Shown: positions 1-12,093, numbered from the whole stretch's first letter. The stretch is DNA of 63,694 nt, filler included, from Nemertoderma westbladi (GCA_032718475.1; 3 parts of 3 records of this genome joined end to end with filler, not necessarily neighbours in it); one strand, 5' to 3'. Notes: generated by a model not told the origin, from the sequence alone. Translations and numbers: made by a program.

Positions 1-56
1 TACTAAGTCGTGCGAGCTGCGAGCGACATACTAAGTCGTGCGAACGACATTATAAG

Positions 57-378
57 TTGTTTAACTTAGGCCAAACATACGGACAGATTTCATCTGCTTT
101 AAAACTAAATAATGAAGTTATCCTAAGCGTCCGACAAATTGAAAGAATATTGAGTGGACTGAATTTGGGCAGGAGAAATGTTTACACTAATACAGAAGAA
201 GTTATTAATTTCATTTCCAATGAAATTAAAGGATCAGGGCACCTGCATGGGTATCGCATGATACACACCAAGTACTTATTAGCTGGTCTGCGAGTGCGAA
301 AGGAAGATGTGCGTCACATTCTCCGCATGCTCGATCCTGAAGTATCGCAATGGCGCGCTACGAAACGTTTGCGTCGCG
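57..378 (+). pseudogene. N-terminal fragment of an IS3EU/integrase-core-type transposase
   Basis: Motifs LSVRQIERIL, GSGHLHGYRMIH and VRKEDVRHILRMLDPE...RLRR. It breaks into the repeat array before any catalytic DDE core. Confidence 0.6.
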
Positions 379-548
379 ACTTAGTATGTCGTTCGCACGA
401 GTAGGTTAAGTCGTACGCTCGACTTAGTATGTCGTTCGCACGACTTAGTATGTCGTTCGCACGAGTTAGTTAAGTCGTTCGCTCGACTTAGTATGTCGTT
501 CGCACGACTTAGTATGTCGTTCGAAAGACTTACTAAGTCGTTCGCACG
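378..548. repeat. 21-bp subterminal tandem repeat (GACTTAGTATGTCGTTCGCAC)
   Basis: About 8 imperfect copies; reverse-complement copies at 1-50. Confidence 0.9.
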
Positions 549-600
549 TGTTAGCGAAATTTTTTTTTTCTCATGTCCCTTCAGGGGCTCCGTAGAAACG

Positions 601-1280
601 TATAGTATAAAAAAAGGCGTTCTGAGATAAACGCATTTCAAGTTTTAGGATATGTTTATTTTTCCTTGCAAACCCTATGCCTATGGTCTAGAATGACAGT
701 TTCTGACTCAAAACTTTACAAGGTATCCGAAAATTTTGATTTAAACCACGTAGAAGCAATCCTTTGTTCCCAAATATATGATGACAGACAGACTGGCAAA
801 ATGACGGACAGGCGGACAGACAGTCTAGATTACGTGAAATTTGAAAACTGACATCAGAAATGAAATCACAAACCCGGAAAACCTCTCTAGCCATAATTTT
901 AGTTAGTTAGCATGCTTTTTTAATGTTTGACAGACAGTCTGACAAAAAGATGGACAGACAGACAAACAGCCTATTTCGTAAAATGTGCAACCTAACATCG
1001 CAAAAGAGATCACGAACCTGTAAAATACCCGTAGCGAGAATTTTAACTAGTTTGTTTGCTTTCTTAATGTTTGACAGACAAACAGACTGACAGACAGAAA
1101 TATGAATGGATATCTGGTGTGGTCTGAATTCGTTTTGAAGAAATTATGAGCGATCGATAACCCTTAAAGTGATAAGTTCATAAGTTCTTAAAGTGAAAAA
1201 GATAAGATCACTTTCCTTAAAGGAAAGTGATACTGTAGAAGATAAGTGTTATATACCACTAGAAAGCCCGCTTATAATCT
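601..1280. mobile_element. Probable non-autonomous Helentron/DINE-like element with ~145-bp internal repeats and GACA microsatellite
   Basis: Degenerate units begin (AATGTT)TGACAGACA at about 782, 923 and 1067. Boundaries are approximate. Confidence 0.4.
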
Positions 1281-1325
1281 CGATAATTCCATTATTATAA
1301 TTTCTAAATTTTGATTTTGTAAAAT

Positions 1326-1695
1326 CTGCCTCCAGTCACGTGTGGCGGCTACATGGCTGCCTCCCGTGACGCGTGGCGGCTACATGGCTGCCTCCAGTCA
1401 CGCGTGGCGGCTACATGGCTGCCTCCAGTCACGCGTGGCGGCTACATGGCTGCCTCACGTCACGCGTGGCGGCTACATGGCTGCTTCCAGTCGCCCGTGG
1501 CGGCTACATGGCTGCCTCCCGTCACGCGTGGCGGCTACATGGCTGCCTCCAGTCACGCGTGGCGGCTACATGACTGCCTCCAGTCACGCGTGGCGGCTAC
1601 ATGGCTGCCTCCAGTTACGCGTGGCGGCTACATGGCTGCCTCCAGTCACTCCTGGCGGCTACATGGCTGCCTCCAGTCACGCGTGGCAGCTACTG
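1326..1695. repeat. 31-bp GC-rich minisatellite (GGCGGCTACATGGCTGCCTCCAGTCACGCGT), about 12 copies
   Basis: Read directly; explains the 31-aa periodic ORFs at 1342-1796. Confidence 0.95.
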
Positions 1696-1849
1696 TACAT
1701 GACTTTTTAATTCTACACTTAAGTAAAATTTATTATTATAATTTTTATTTTATCCTTAATATATTTTTACCATTTACAGTAGGCCTAGTTCCTTAATCCC
1801 AGGCTATACAGTACATAATGTAATTCAAGCGTCCAAAAAATGCTTTCAG

Positions 1850-3038
1850 GTCGATATCTTAGAAGAGAGCCAGTACATCGACATCATCGGTGGCAGTCTC
1901 CCTGGCGACTACCAGGCTTTCAACGCCCATTTCCATTGGGGAGTTGGGAGTAATGATGGATCGGAACACGCCATCAACGGCCACAAATATGTCGCAGAAA
2001 TCCACATCGTATGCAAACAGAAGGGTCTAACATGGGAGCAAGCTTTCAAGGACCCAATCGGCATGGCGGTCGTGGGCTTTCTACTCGAGGCAAGTAATTT
2101 ATTTTTAGTTAATTATTAGCTAAGAAGATGATGTCCTCGTTTTCCCCATACTATAACTAGATTTCCTATCTCAGGAAAGTGATGAAGATAACGAAGTGTT
2201 TGCTCCAATCGTCAGGCACGTTAATGAGCTTCTTGGAGAGAATTCTGAAGTTCTACTTTCTGAGAATTTGGAACTCAATACGTTACTGGAAAGTCATGAT
2301 CCTGAGTATTACAGGTAAACCGACCTTGTTTTCTGTGTTACAGTAACAGCCATAACTACCCCCCCCCCCCCCCCCCCCCCCACACAAGACTGTATAAATG
2401 TATGACTACTACATTTAAAATTACAATGTTATCTTAAGGCCCGTTCACATCCAACGGAACAGTACACCGCTGACTGTGAACGACCCAACAGGTAGTTGTG
2501 CGCTAAACCACGCGGTTTACCGCAGCCCATTTAAACAATATGTTACAACAATTAATGTAATTTCCTGTAGAATTCACAGTCGACAGATAGACAATCAGCT
2601 ACCGCAACGGTACCGTTGGGTGTGAACGGGCTCCGGGTACTGTACCGCTGGCTTACCGCTTCAATACCGCCAGACTACTTTACCGCTCACGCACCGTTGG
2701 ATGTGAACCGGGCTTTACATTACAACCATAACCCCCCAAGTAGGCCTACTGTACGATTGTACAGTACATCACAATGGTTATAATCTGAACACATTCATTC
2801 ACCCCTACACACTACTATACTGTATAGGTACAATGGAAGTCTACCAATTCATTCGTTTGCTGAGGTGATTGTATGGACTGTATACGTTGAGCCCCATCAC
2901 ATCGGCCGCCAGCAACTCGCCGCCTTGAGGAAGCTGACTACAGGACGGGATCAACCACACCCGATTAGAACCAACTCCCGTCCATTACAAAGTGTTTACG
3001 GAAGAGAAATTCTGAAGAGTTGTCCTGGTGGAAGATAA
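1850..3038 (+). CDS. Alpha-carbonic anhydrase, 3' three exons (1850-2089, 2175-2314, 2828-3038); 5' exons not located
   Basis: Spliced translation gives AHFHWG...GSEHAING...AEIHIV (three Zn His), GMAVVGFLL, YYRYNGSL...VWTV, QLAALR and NSRPLQ, then TAA. Splice phases 0 and 2 are consistent; the first intron is GC-AG. Confidence 0.9.
2437..2714. mobile_element. PIF/Harbinger-type MITE in carbonic anhydrase intron
   Basis: TIRs AGGCCCGTTCACATCCAACGG and CCGTTGGATGTGAACCGGGCT, flanked by TTA on both sides. Confidence 0.75.
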
Positions 3039-6000
3039 CTTGCGCGCTTCCGTGGAAACCTGTTAATTAATCTTCATTGCTTAACAATATGTAGGAGGTA
3101 CCAAACTCTACAGAATAAGTTTGATTCTAATGTTTCATCTAAGTTTTCGCAAAAATAATCAACACTGAGGAGTTGAGTACAAGATTATTTGTATCGTATT
3201 TGAATGAAACCGTTTGGGTATTTATAGGCCTACTCTACTGAATATCTTAAACAAGTCATAAGGAGAACGGAAAGAGCGATTTGTTTTTTCAGTAAGGAAA
3301 CCATTACCCAAATCTACTCTTATTACTGTACAATGATCTGTGATATTTTACTTCTGCCTATGGAAGTATCACAAACCATTTTGTTCGAAAAATATGACAC
3401 TTTTTGTGCAGGTCGGTTTTTTCAAAAATTTTATACATTTTAAGGCTTTTATATGTAAAATATATCATGTAGAAAGATCAGTAATACCATCTGGGTTGAA
3501 GTTCTCTGTCTATATGTTCGGCGCAATGGACCTAGGCCATCTTTTATGAAAATTTCAACAAAAAAATATAGTTTTTGAAAAATATTTCTGGGGGATTTAT
3601 AGTAGTGTATGTTCGGACTATATTTTGGGGATCATACATATTGAGATAGACAAAACGTAGCAGTTACAAATCGGATCCAGAACATTCAAATTAGCATGTT
3701 TTACAAAACCAACACTCACTATTGTAGCGCTAAAGTTGCTGACATTTTTGTATGTGGTTAATGAAATATTTGAGTGAAAAATATAAAAGTAGTAGGGAAG
3801 GAATTTAGTGAAGAAAGAGAGTGAAGTTGTCTTATACAGAGACATGAATATCAGCTATGAATACAGGGGCCGCTTGCATAAAACAACCTTAAAGGTAGGA
3901 TGAGTGAGGAAGACTTGATTTTAGGGGAGACTTGATTTTTTTTACTAACTCAAAAACTATTGTAAATTATTTGACAATACCACACAAAAATGTGTAAAAT
4001 ACATGTGGCAACACCCGCGCAACAATGTTTTATTACCTTTTGGTTATTTTTTGTTTTATTATCAATAAACGTTTTCTGAGTTCAAAAGTAAATTTTGCCC
4101 TTTACAACGAATGAAAATTCGCATCCTTATTTTACTGTATGTTAATTGTAATTCACAGCATGTGTTGACTAATTATTGCACTAACCTGCCATATATTGTT
4201 TTCCAGTTTTGGTGCAGCCGTTGTGAAATTATATAAATTAATATAAAAAAAAGCCCATGTGGGGAGACATGCGCCCGAGTGTGAGGGAGACTTGAAGCCT
4301 TCAATGCTGACGTCTACCTAGAGATACACCCACGTAGAGAACCATTACACCAGAGCACTCCAACTAGTTGATTGGCGCTTACACAGACCAAGCTATGAAT
4401 GGAATGTGAATACAATGGAGTGGCCAGGGAGAGAGAGAAAGAGAGAGAGAGAGGCCTTGATAAACCCAGCTAAACCAAGCCAACCAACTCTTCCTTCCCT
4501 CTTTGCAATGTAGTTAGTAGCCCGCCAACTGGGTGATTGACAGCTTAAACAAGATGCCGCTACGTCAGAAAGCGGCACACATCAATAGAATTACAGGAAA
4601 ACAATTAATATATGCCTGGATTGAAAATTATACAAGATATTCATTAATAAATAGTACATTCCCGCGTTAAATTTTAATGCGGTTTTAATGAACTATTATT
4701 TATTCAGTTCTTGTTGGGAGAACCATGTGAACGACCACCTAAATTTGTATAAAATTTTGGATTCCAACAAGAAATTTTGGAACCAACTCCCGTCCATTAC
4801 AAAGTGTTTACGGAAGAGAAATTCTGAAGAGTTGTCCTGGTGGAAGATAACTTGCGCGCTTCCGTGGAAACCTGTTAATGAATCTTCATTGCTTAACAAT
4901 ATGTAGGAGGTACCAAACTCTACAGAATAAGTTTGATTCTAATGTTTCATCTAAGTTTTCGCAAAAATAATCAACACTGGGGAGTTGAGTACAAGATTAT
5001 TTATATCGTATTTGAATGAAACCGTTTGGGTATTTATAGGCCTACTCTACTGAATATCTTAAACAAGTCATAAGGAGAACGGAAAGAGCGATTTGTTTTT
5101 TCAGTAAGGAAACCATTACCCAAATCTACTCTTATTACTGTACAATGATCTGTGATATTTTACTTCTGCCTATGGAAGTATCACAAACCATTTTGTTCGA
5201 AAAATATGACAGTTTTTGTGCAGGTCGGTTTTTTCAAAAATTTTATACATTTTAAGGCTTTCATATGTAAAATATATCATGTAGAAAGATCAGTAATACC
5301 ATCTGGGTTGAAGTTCTCTGTCTATATGTTTGGCGCAATGGACCTAGGCCATCTTTTATGAAAATTTCAACAAAAAAATATAGTTTTTGAAAAATATTTC
5401 TGGGGGATTTATAGTAGTGTATGTTCGGACTATATTTTGGAGATCATACATATTGAGATAGACAAAACGTAGCAGTTACAAATCGGATCCAGAACATTCA
5501 AATTAGCATGTTTCACAAAACCAACACTCACTATTGTAGCGCTAAAGTTGCTGACATTTTTGTATGTGGTTAATGAAATATTTGAGTGAAAAATATAAAA
5601 GTAGTAGGGAAGGAATTTAGTGAAGAAAGAGAGTGAAGTTGTCTTATACAGAGACATGAATATCAGCTATGAATACAGGGGCCGCTTGCATAAAACAACC
5701 TTAAAGATAGGGTGAGTGGGGGAGACTTGACTTTAGGGGAGACTTGATTTTTTTTACTAACTCAAAAACTATTGTAAATTATTTGACAATACCACACAAA
5801 AATGTGTAAAATACATGTGGCAACACCCGCGCAACAATGTTTTATTACCTTTTGGTTATTTTTTGTTTTATTATCAATAAACGTTTTCTGAGTTCAAAAG
5901 TAAATTTTGCCCTTTACAACGAATGAAAATTCGCATCCTTATTTTACTGTATGTTAATTGTAATTCACAGCATGTGTTGACTAATTATTGCACTATCCTG

Positions 6001-8113
6001 CCATATATTGTTTTCCAGTTTTGGTGCAGCCGTTGTGAAATTATATAAATTAATATAAAAAAAAGCCCATGTGGGGAGACATGCGCCCGAGTGTGAGGGA
6101 GACTTGAAGCCTTCAATGCTGACGTCTACCTAAAGATACACCCACGTAGAGAACCATTACACCAGAGCACTCCAACTAGTTGATTGGCGCTTACACAGAC
6201 CAAGCTATGAATGGAATGTGAATACAATGGAGTGGCCAGGGAGAGAGAGAAAGAGAGAGAGAGAGGCCTTGATAAACCCAGCCAAACCAAGCCAACCAAC
6301 TCTTCCTTCCCTCTTTGCAATGTGGGGCGAGCCACGAAGTGAGTGAGCCTTAGCGTAGTGGTACCATTAATCAACCTGTCGTTCTGTCGTGTTCAATTTT
6401 AAACGTTAATAACTCGGCCAATCTTTGATGAAATCTATCCAAACTTGGTACACATGTTGTTTGGCAAAAGTTTAGAAATTTTCCAAGTAGAATTTCCGTG
6501 TGGCCTTCGAGAAGCTAAGATAATAGCAGTTAATTAGTTAATTAAGTTGATTGCGGTGAAAACGCCATTTTCAACCTGCCTTTTAAAGGAAATTAATTGT
6601 TTTACAGTATAAGATTTAAATAATTATACTTAAAAATTATACAGATATAATCCACATACGCCATTCTATTATAGTTTTTAATTAGTTTAAGTGATTTGCT
6701 TTAATAAATGTGTCTTTAATTGATCTAAACGTAATTAAACCTCACAATTATTGAGTACAAATTTAATCCTTCCCATTATTGGTCAAGTCTCTGCTGGTGT
6801 GGAGCTAGCTGCTGGGAGTTGTGGCTGTAGACTAACCTGAGAGGAATTGTAATAGAGGCAACCAGTATTGCTATTCCAGCCCAATCACTGAATTGTGTTT
6901 ATTATAGGCTGGACGGGCCGCATAACCGTTCGACTACTACTACTATTGCTATCTCAGTTAAATAACAGATATAATAACATAAATACAATCCATGGCATGG
7001 CTGTTGTAGGCTTCTGAAATAGTTTATTCCACAATGTATATGTCTGGTTATTTTTTAATTGAATTTTTGCAAAGTAGTAAAATTAATGTTCTTAAAAATA
7101 ATATTATTATTTTATATGTAACCTAGGAAATTAGCTACATTTTTTCGCTGCAGCTTTAAGAGTGTACATTGATTTAATATTATTTCAATACCCATATTAC
7201 TACATCGGCATAAGATGCGTTGGCGTTGTATCACACATCTCCACATATCCCACATCTCCACATAGATGTATCAACAGTTACTCGCACAGTTTCGAAACTT
7301 CGTATAGTTATAACTGTACAAAGATCGTCAGTCTGCGTTTAGGAAAAATATTTTATGACAAAACAGGACAAGCGACGAGCGCAACGAGGCATATAATGAA
7401 GACGAGTACTGCGTTGACTAAATTATTATATAAACCACCTGGCTTCACATATTAATCGCATCCCTAGTTATTATTATTATAAAGATCGTCCTAGCCTGCG
7501 TTTAAGAAATATATTTAAATACAAAACAGGACGAACGCAAAGAGGCTTATAATGAAAACGAGTACTGCGTTTATTATATTCCTATAAACCACCTGGCTTT
7601 GCATATTTAACGTGCGATTGGAAATAAGTTCGTGCTACCCTTCCGTGGGTGGAAGATGTCGCGGTTATGTATTGGTGGTTGGGAAGGGTGGGGGGGGGGG
7701 GGGAGAGAGATTAAAAGGGGTGAACACGTACTGTCCCCCTTTCTTTGATTGATTGGTGGTGTGGGTAAATTTCTCAAAACCTGATTTTGTGATACAGTCG
7801 CTCAATTTTAATTTGTATATAATAACTAGGCCTCGTGCTGCGCGAAGGCCCCACGAACGTGTAGTTAGTAGCCCGCCAACTGGGTGATTGACAGCTTAAA
7901 CAAGATGCCGCTACGTCAGAAAGCGGCACACATCAATATAATTACAGGAAAACAATTAATATATGCCTGGATTGAAAATTATACAAGATATTCATTAATA
8001 AATAGTACATTCCCGCGTTAAATTTTAATGCGGTTTTAATGAACTATTATTTATTCAGTTCTTGTTGGGAGAACCATGTGAACGACCACCTAAATTTGTA
8101 TAAAATTTTGGAT
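2968..8113. repeat. Recent tandem duplication of ~1.8 kb (copy 1 2968-4762; copy 2 4780-8113 including a 1.5-kb insertion)
   Basis: Near-identical sequence at offset 1812; the ORF track repeats (3340/5152, 3618/5430). Copy 2 resumes at 7861 after the insertion. Confidence 0.92.
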
Positions 8114-8675
8114 AATAATTTAACAATCGCATTTTTTGAAATTTTCTTGCTCAACTAGAAAATAGACATGTTGAACATGTAATTATTACACATCTTCTGC
8201 ATTTTTGAACGAATTTACAAGTATGCGAGGTGGGGTTCAAGTCTCCCACCCTAGTGTCATGTCTCCCCCCATTAAGGGAGACTTGACGCTTTTTCGAAAA
8301 TTCGAATAATTGGTTTAATTGAAAAAGTTTAAGAGTTGAAATTCTCAAACTCTCACATAATGATAGCAATCATAAATGTAATGTGAAAAAGTTAAAACGG
8401 CATTGAACGATTTATTTATCTGTTCTTTAGAGCGATTATAACTTTTGGGGTTCAAAGTCTCCCTTGTAAAGGGCAAAAATTTACTTTTGAACCCAGAAAA
8501 CGTTTATTGACAATAAAACAAAAAATAACCAAAAGGCAATAAAACATTGTTGCGCGGGTGTAGCCAACATGTATTTTACACATTTTTGTGTGGTATTGTC
8601 AAATAATTTGCAATAGTATTTGAGTTATTAAGAAAAATCAAGTCTCCCCTAAAGTGAAGTCTCCCTCACTCACCC
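5710..8675. mobile_element. Non-autonomous Tc1/mariner-pogo-like TIR element (partial duplicate at 3898-4762)
   Basis: Inverted termini of about 200 bp (GGGTGAGTGGGGGAGACTTGACTTTAGGGGAGACTTG... / ...CAAGTCTCCCCTAAAGTGAAGTCTCCCTCACTCACCC), flanked by TA. No transposase ORF. Confidence 0.75.
6322..7860 (+). mobile_element. Helentron-associated (HINE/DINE-like) non-autonomous insertion
   Basis: Absent from the duplicated copy at 4510. Subterminal inverted motifs GTGGGGC / GCCCCAC, short 3' hairpin, CTGTCGT microrepeat. A related end occurs at 52390-52430. Confidence 0.65.
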
Positions 8676-9233
8676 TATAGAAGTAGTAGTCCTTGGCAGC
8701 TTATTGTGTGGATGATGGAGGATGATTTGGGTTATGTTGCGTTAGGTCCTGGTAGCATTAGGCCCGTGGTATTAGGTCCTGATTGGTAGCATTAGGTCCA
8801 TGGCGTTAGGGCCATGCCATTAGGTTATTAGGTCCAGTGTGCCTCCAAAACCAGGCAGGTTAGTAAAGGAGCAGGTTACAGAGGCGAGTTGAAAGGAACC
8901 AAAACAATAAACGAGAGTTAGGAATTTATTGAACAGGTAGACTGCAGACTGGCTGTCTGAGTGTCTGGGTAGTCAATCCTTCCGCTGTAGGGTACAGTCC
9001 TACTGCAGTGCAGTACCGGTACTGTCCTATTCTGGCTGATTTTATTTATCCTGTTATCTGTAGGCCTATCTACTGGCAACTGGTCCTTCAGTACTTCTAC
9101 TTCAGTACTTAGGCCTATTACTGTATTACTTACTCTGTTACTACAGTACTAAACAGACTAACTGCCCTACTTATTATACCTGTCAGCCAGTATACTGAAT
9201 AATACCGGTACCAAATACTGCAATAATCTGATA

Positions 9234-10118
9234 ATGGCAAAAGCTAGTAAATGGAATTCCCCTAACTTGCCTGCGAGTTCTGCGTTCGATATTCTAGGGA
9301 GTCTCGCCGAGGAAGGATTTACTGAAGACGGTAAGAAAAAAAAGAACAAGAACAAATCGAAACAACGTGCAGCGGAGGTACAAATACCTCGAAATGCCCC
9401 AAAAACCACGGCAAAATCCGGGAAGAAATCTAGTCCAGCCGCTGTGAGCGACACGCAATGGCAGGAATGGATCGCTAAAGACCTGGAAACCGTAGATAGA
9501 CAGTACGAGGATGAGCTCACAGAGGCGATACGGCTGAGCTCCTTGGAAGAGACAAGAAAACCAGTGGTTGCGGGGAAGTCTCGTGCTAAACCCATGAGTC
9601 TACAAGACTTCCAACAGGACAACTCGCATGAAGAATCTGTCGAATCTTCTAGATTGAAACCTTGTAATAATAATGAAAATATAAATAATAATAATATCGA
9701 TATTCCATCTAATAAATCACTAAACAACAAAGGCGATTTTGTTAGCGACGCCAAACGATTAGATTCCTTAGCGAAAGACCATGAAAGGCAAATAGCTGAG
9801 AATATTAGACAAACACATTTGAAGGATGAACTCGATAAGAAAGGATTGGAGGTTGACGATTTGTTACGTGAGAATGAGGAACTCAAGAAGGAGGTGGCAC
9901 GTGTGAAGAAACGCAATAAACAATTGTGTTTCATTTTGGGACAGGGCGAGATGAAAGAGAAGTTCGAGTTGTTGGAACAGATCGATCAGCTGACTGTCTG
10001 CAAGGAGGAGCTCACGGAGAGTACGGATCAGTTGCACAAACAGGTTGAACAGGAACGAACTATTAGCAAAGGGTTGCGAGCCGATCTAGTTAAGTTCCAG
10101 GCCAAATTCGGAAAATAG
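9234..10118 (+). CDS. GKAP1: G kinase-anchoring protein 1 homologue (294 aa, single coding exon)
   Basis: SAFDIL, WQEWIAKD...YEDELTEAIRLS, AKPMSLQDFQ and C-terminal coiled coil VKKRNKQLCFILGQGEMKEKFELL...EQERT match my recollection of the GKAP1 family signature. Confidence 0.85.
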   Translation: MAKASKWNSPNLPASSAFDILGSLAEEGFTEDGKKKKNKNKSKQRAAEVQIPRNAPKTTAKSGKKSSPAAVSDTQWQEWIAKDLETVDRQYEDELTEAIRLSSLEETRKPVVAGKSRAKPMSLQDFQQDNSHEESVESSRLKPCNNNENINNNNIDIPSNKSLNNKGDFVSDAKRLDSLAKDHERQIAENIRQTHLKDELDKKGLEVDDLLRENEELKKEVARVKKRNKQLCFILGQGEMKEKFELLEQIDQLTVCKEELTESTDQLHKQVEQERTISKGLRADLVKFQAKFGK

Positions 10119-10302
10119 GCCGCCTCAAATAATTATGTAATAAATACTGGGAATTTGCAGTTCGGTGACTTCAGTATCCCAAGTCATTCGGTTCCTATCT
10201 CTGAAATTTTATGGAAGATAATTATAACTAAATGGTAAGATAACAGATTTGAACCGAAAAGCTAATTGTGATTTGTAATACAAAGTTTCCAAACCGCATA
10301 TT

Positions 10303-10680
10303 TACAACACGTCCCGCAATATAGTGTCGTAATTATTCAGTGACCCCATCCCCCTCTCCTTCCCAATTTTTCTACAAATCTTAATGATATTTCATTAAAC
10401 TTGAAACAGAGAGAGTTTCACTTCCTTACCACTTAGTGGGTGAGCCAGAATTGTTATTTTAGTTTTCAATCTTTTGCTACGAGCATTTAGTTACACCGCG
10501 GTTGCAGTTAGACTTCAACCTTGTTTTTTGGTATTGATGCAAAAAGTAACTTTGCAAGGATTCCAAATCTTTAATAATATTTGAATTTAATTATAACTAT
10601 CTGAGATATGGACGTTGGGAAGTTACATGTTTGATGGCTTAGGTAGCAACAGCATCTTCGCGAGGATATTCAGTATCCAC
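10303..10680. mobile_element. Degenerate half-copy of the MITE at 19742-20666
   Basis: Shares AATATAGTGTCGTAATT...TCTACAAATCTTAATGA...GAAACAGAGA...GATATGGACGTT. Confidence 0.65.
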
Positions 10681-11504
10681 TTGCCAACCATTCTATTCTA
10701 GAATAAAGATTTTCTAGTATTAATTATATGCCGGTAGTCTTCTAGATTGTTTGTTAATTAAATATCCTGTCGCAGTTGGGTAGACGTGCAACTTTCAAAC
10801 GCAATTGTCTCAGCACTTTCTCAAAGAAATAAACCATAAGGTTGAAAAAGAATAATCATTTGTATCACTGAACCAACGGAACTCGTCTTTGGGTGCGAAA
10901 TTACAATATTACTATGGGAATTTGTTAAGGGAATGGGTGTGTGGGGTTGCTCAAATACCATGACAGCTTATACAAATACAACCTCTATTTATTCCTAATA
11001 TTACCGACTATATTATATAATATACCGGTATAATGAATGGGTAATCCGGCCCCTGTGTATTAAGACACTATATTCCGGGCTATGGTATAGGAACGTTACA
11101 TATTGAATTATGTATGTGAGTTGAGTTTATTACTGTAATATTGTGTTTCGTTCTATTGCTTCGTTCTATTTTAATGTACCTTATACGTGCTTACCTTACT
11201 CGAGTTACGAGAATATACCTTTTAATCATTTATTATTTCTGTTTTTTATATTGTGGCACTGTGGCTGTCGTCAAATGTGCGACTGACTTTCACAATCGCC
11301 ACAGAAGTGTACATTAGTTAATTATTTCATATAAAATCGTCTGTATTATTACTTATGTTGGTTGGTATTGCTGGTTGTTGGTGAGTTGAGATGCCCAGCG
11401 ATTTGAATGGAAAATTATTTGTTCAAGACAATTATTGTTGAATTACCAAGCGATCACTCATGTACATAAATTAGGAATATATGGCGGCGCGTAACTTCAT
11501 CCAT

Positions 11505-11779
11505 GAATACTGCACTGGTAGGAATACCGCACTGGTAAGAATACCGCACTGGTAGGAATACCGCACTGGTAGGAATACTGCACTGGTAGGAATACCGCAC
11601 TGGTAAGAATACCGCACTGGTAGGAATACCGCACTGGTAAGAATACCGCACTGGTAAGAATACCGCACTGGTAGGAATACCGCACCACTGGTAAGAATAC
11701 CGCACTGGTAAGAATACCGCACTGGTAGGAATACTGCACTGGTAGGAATACCGCACTGGTAAGAATACCGAACTGGTAG
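11505..11779. repeat. 17-bp minisatellite (GAATACCGCACTGGTA[G/A]), about 16 copies
   Basis: Read directly; produces 17-aa periodic ORFs. Confidence 0.95.
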
Positions 11780-12093
11780 TTAGGAACCCAGGAATGCCTC
11801 CTGTCTATTAAGGAAGTTCCCATGTCAACGAATGTTGGTGGTGAGATGGCTAGTGAATATGATCTCTTTATTACTTTTGGTTTGGATTTTGTTTGAATAT
11901 CACAGTAAGAAAGACTATTTCGTCTCCATTGCAGACAATATTCCTTCTGAACGTTAGTGGGTTGTCTGACTCTTGTATATGATATATTGTCTGTTGTTTC
12001 TTCTTCGATAATTCTAGATGAGTTGACTTTTCTACAATCATAAATCCCATCGTCAGTAAACGATAATGCAAGATCTTCATCAATATACATCAC
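11780..12093 (-). pseudogene. Truncated paralogue of orphan gene 29042-30028
   Basis: QKEYCLQWRRNSLSYCDIQTKSKPK...SPPTFVDMGT...DRRHSWVP aligns with QKEYCRQWRRTSLSYCGVETKSKPK...SPRTFVNMAT...DRKHSYAP. Homology stops at the minisatellite. Confidence 0.75.

Larger units (their letters stand above)
1..594 (+). mobile_element. Right part of an internally deleted IS3EU-like DNA transposon (left end outside window)
   Basis: Inverted arrays of a 21-bp repeat (1-50 versus 378-548) flank a transposase fragment. The element ends in ...GGGGCTCCGTA, matching the TAY..RTA termini described for IS3EU. Confidence 0.55.

Noticed and set aside
1342-1796. Overlapping ORFs with repeating MAATWLPPVTRGGY peptides
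   Set aside because: Translation artefact of the 31-bp minisatellite.
9167-9934. 255-aa minus-strand ORF
   Set aside because: Antisense shadow of GKAP1 with no recognisable motifs.
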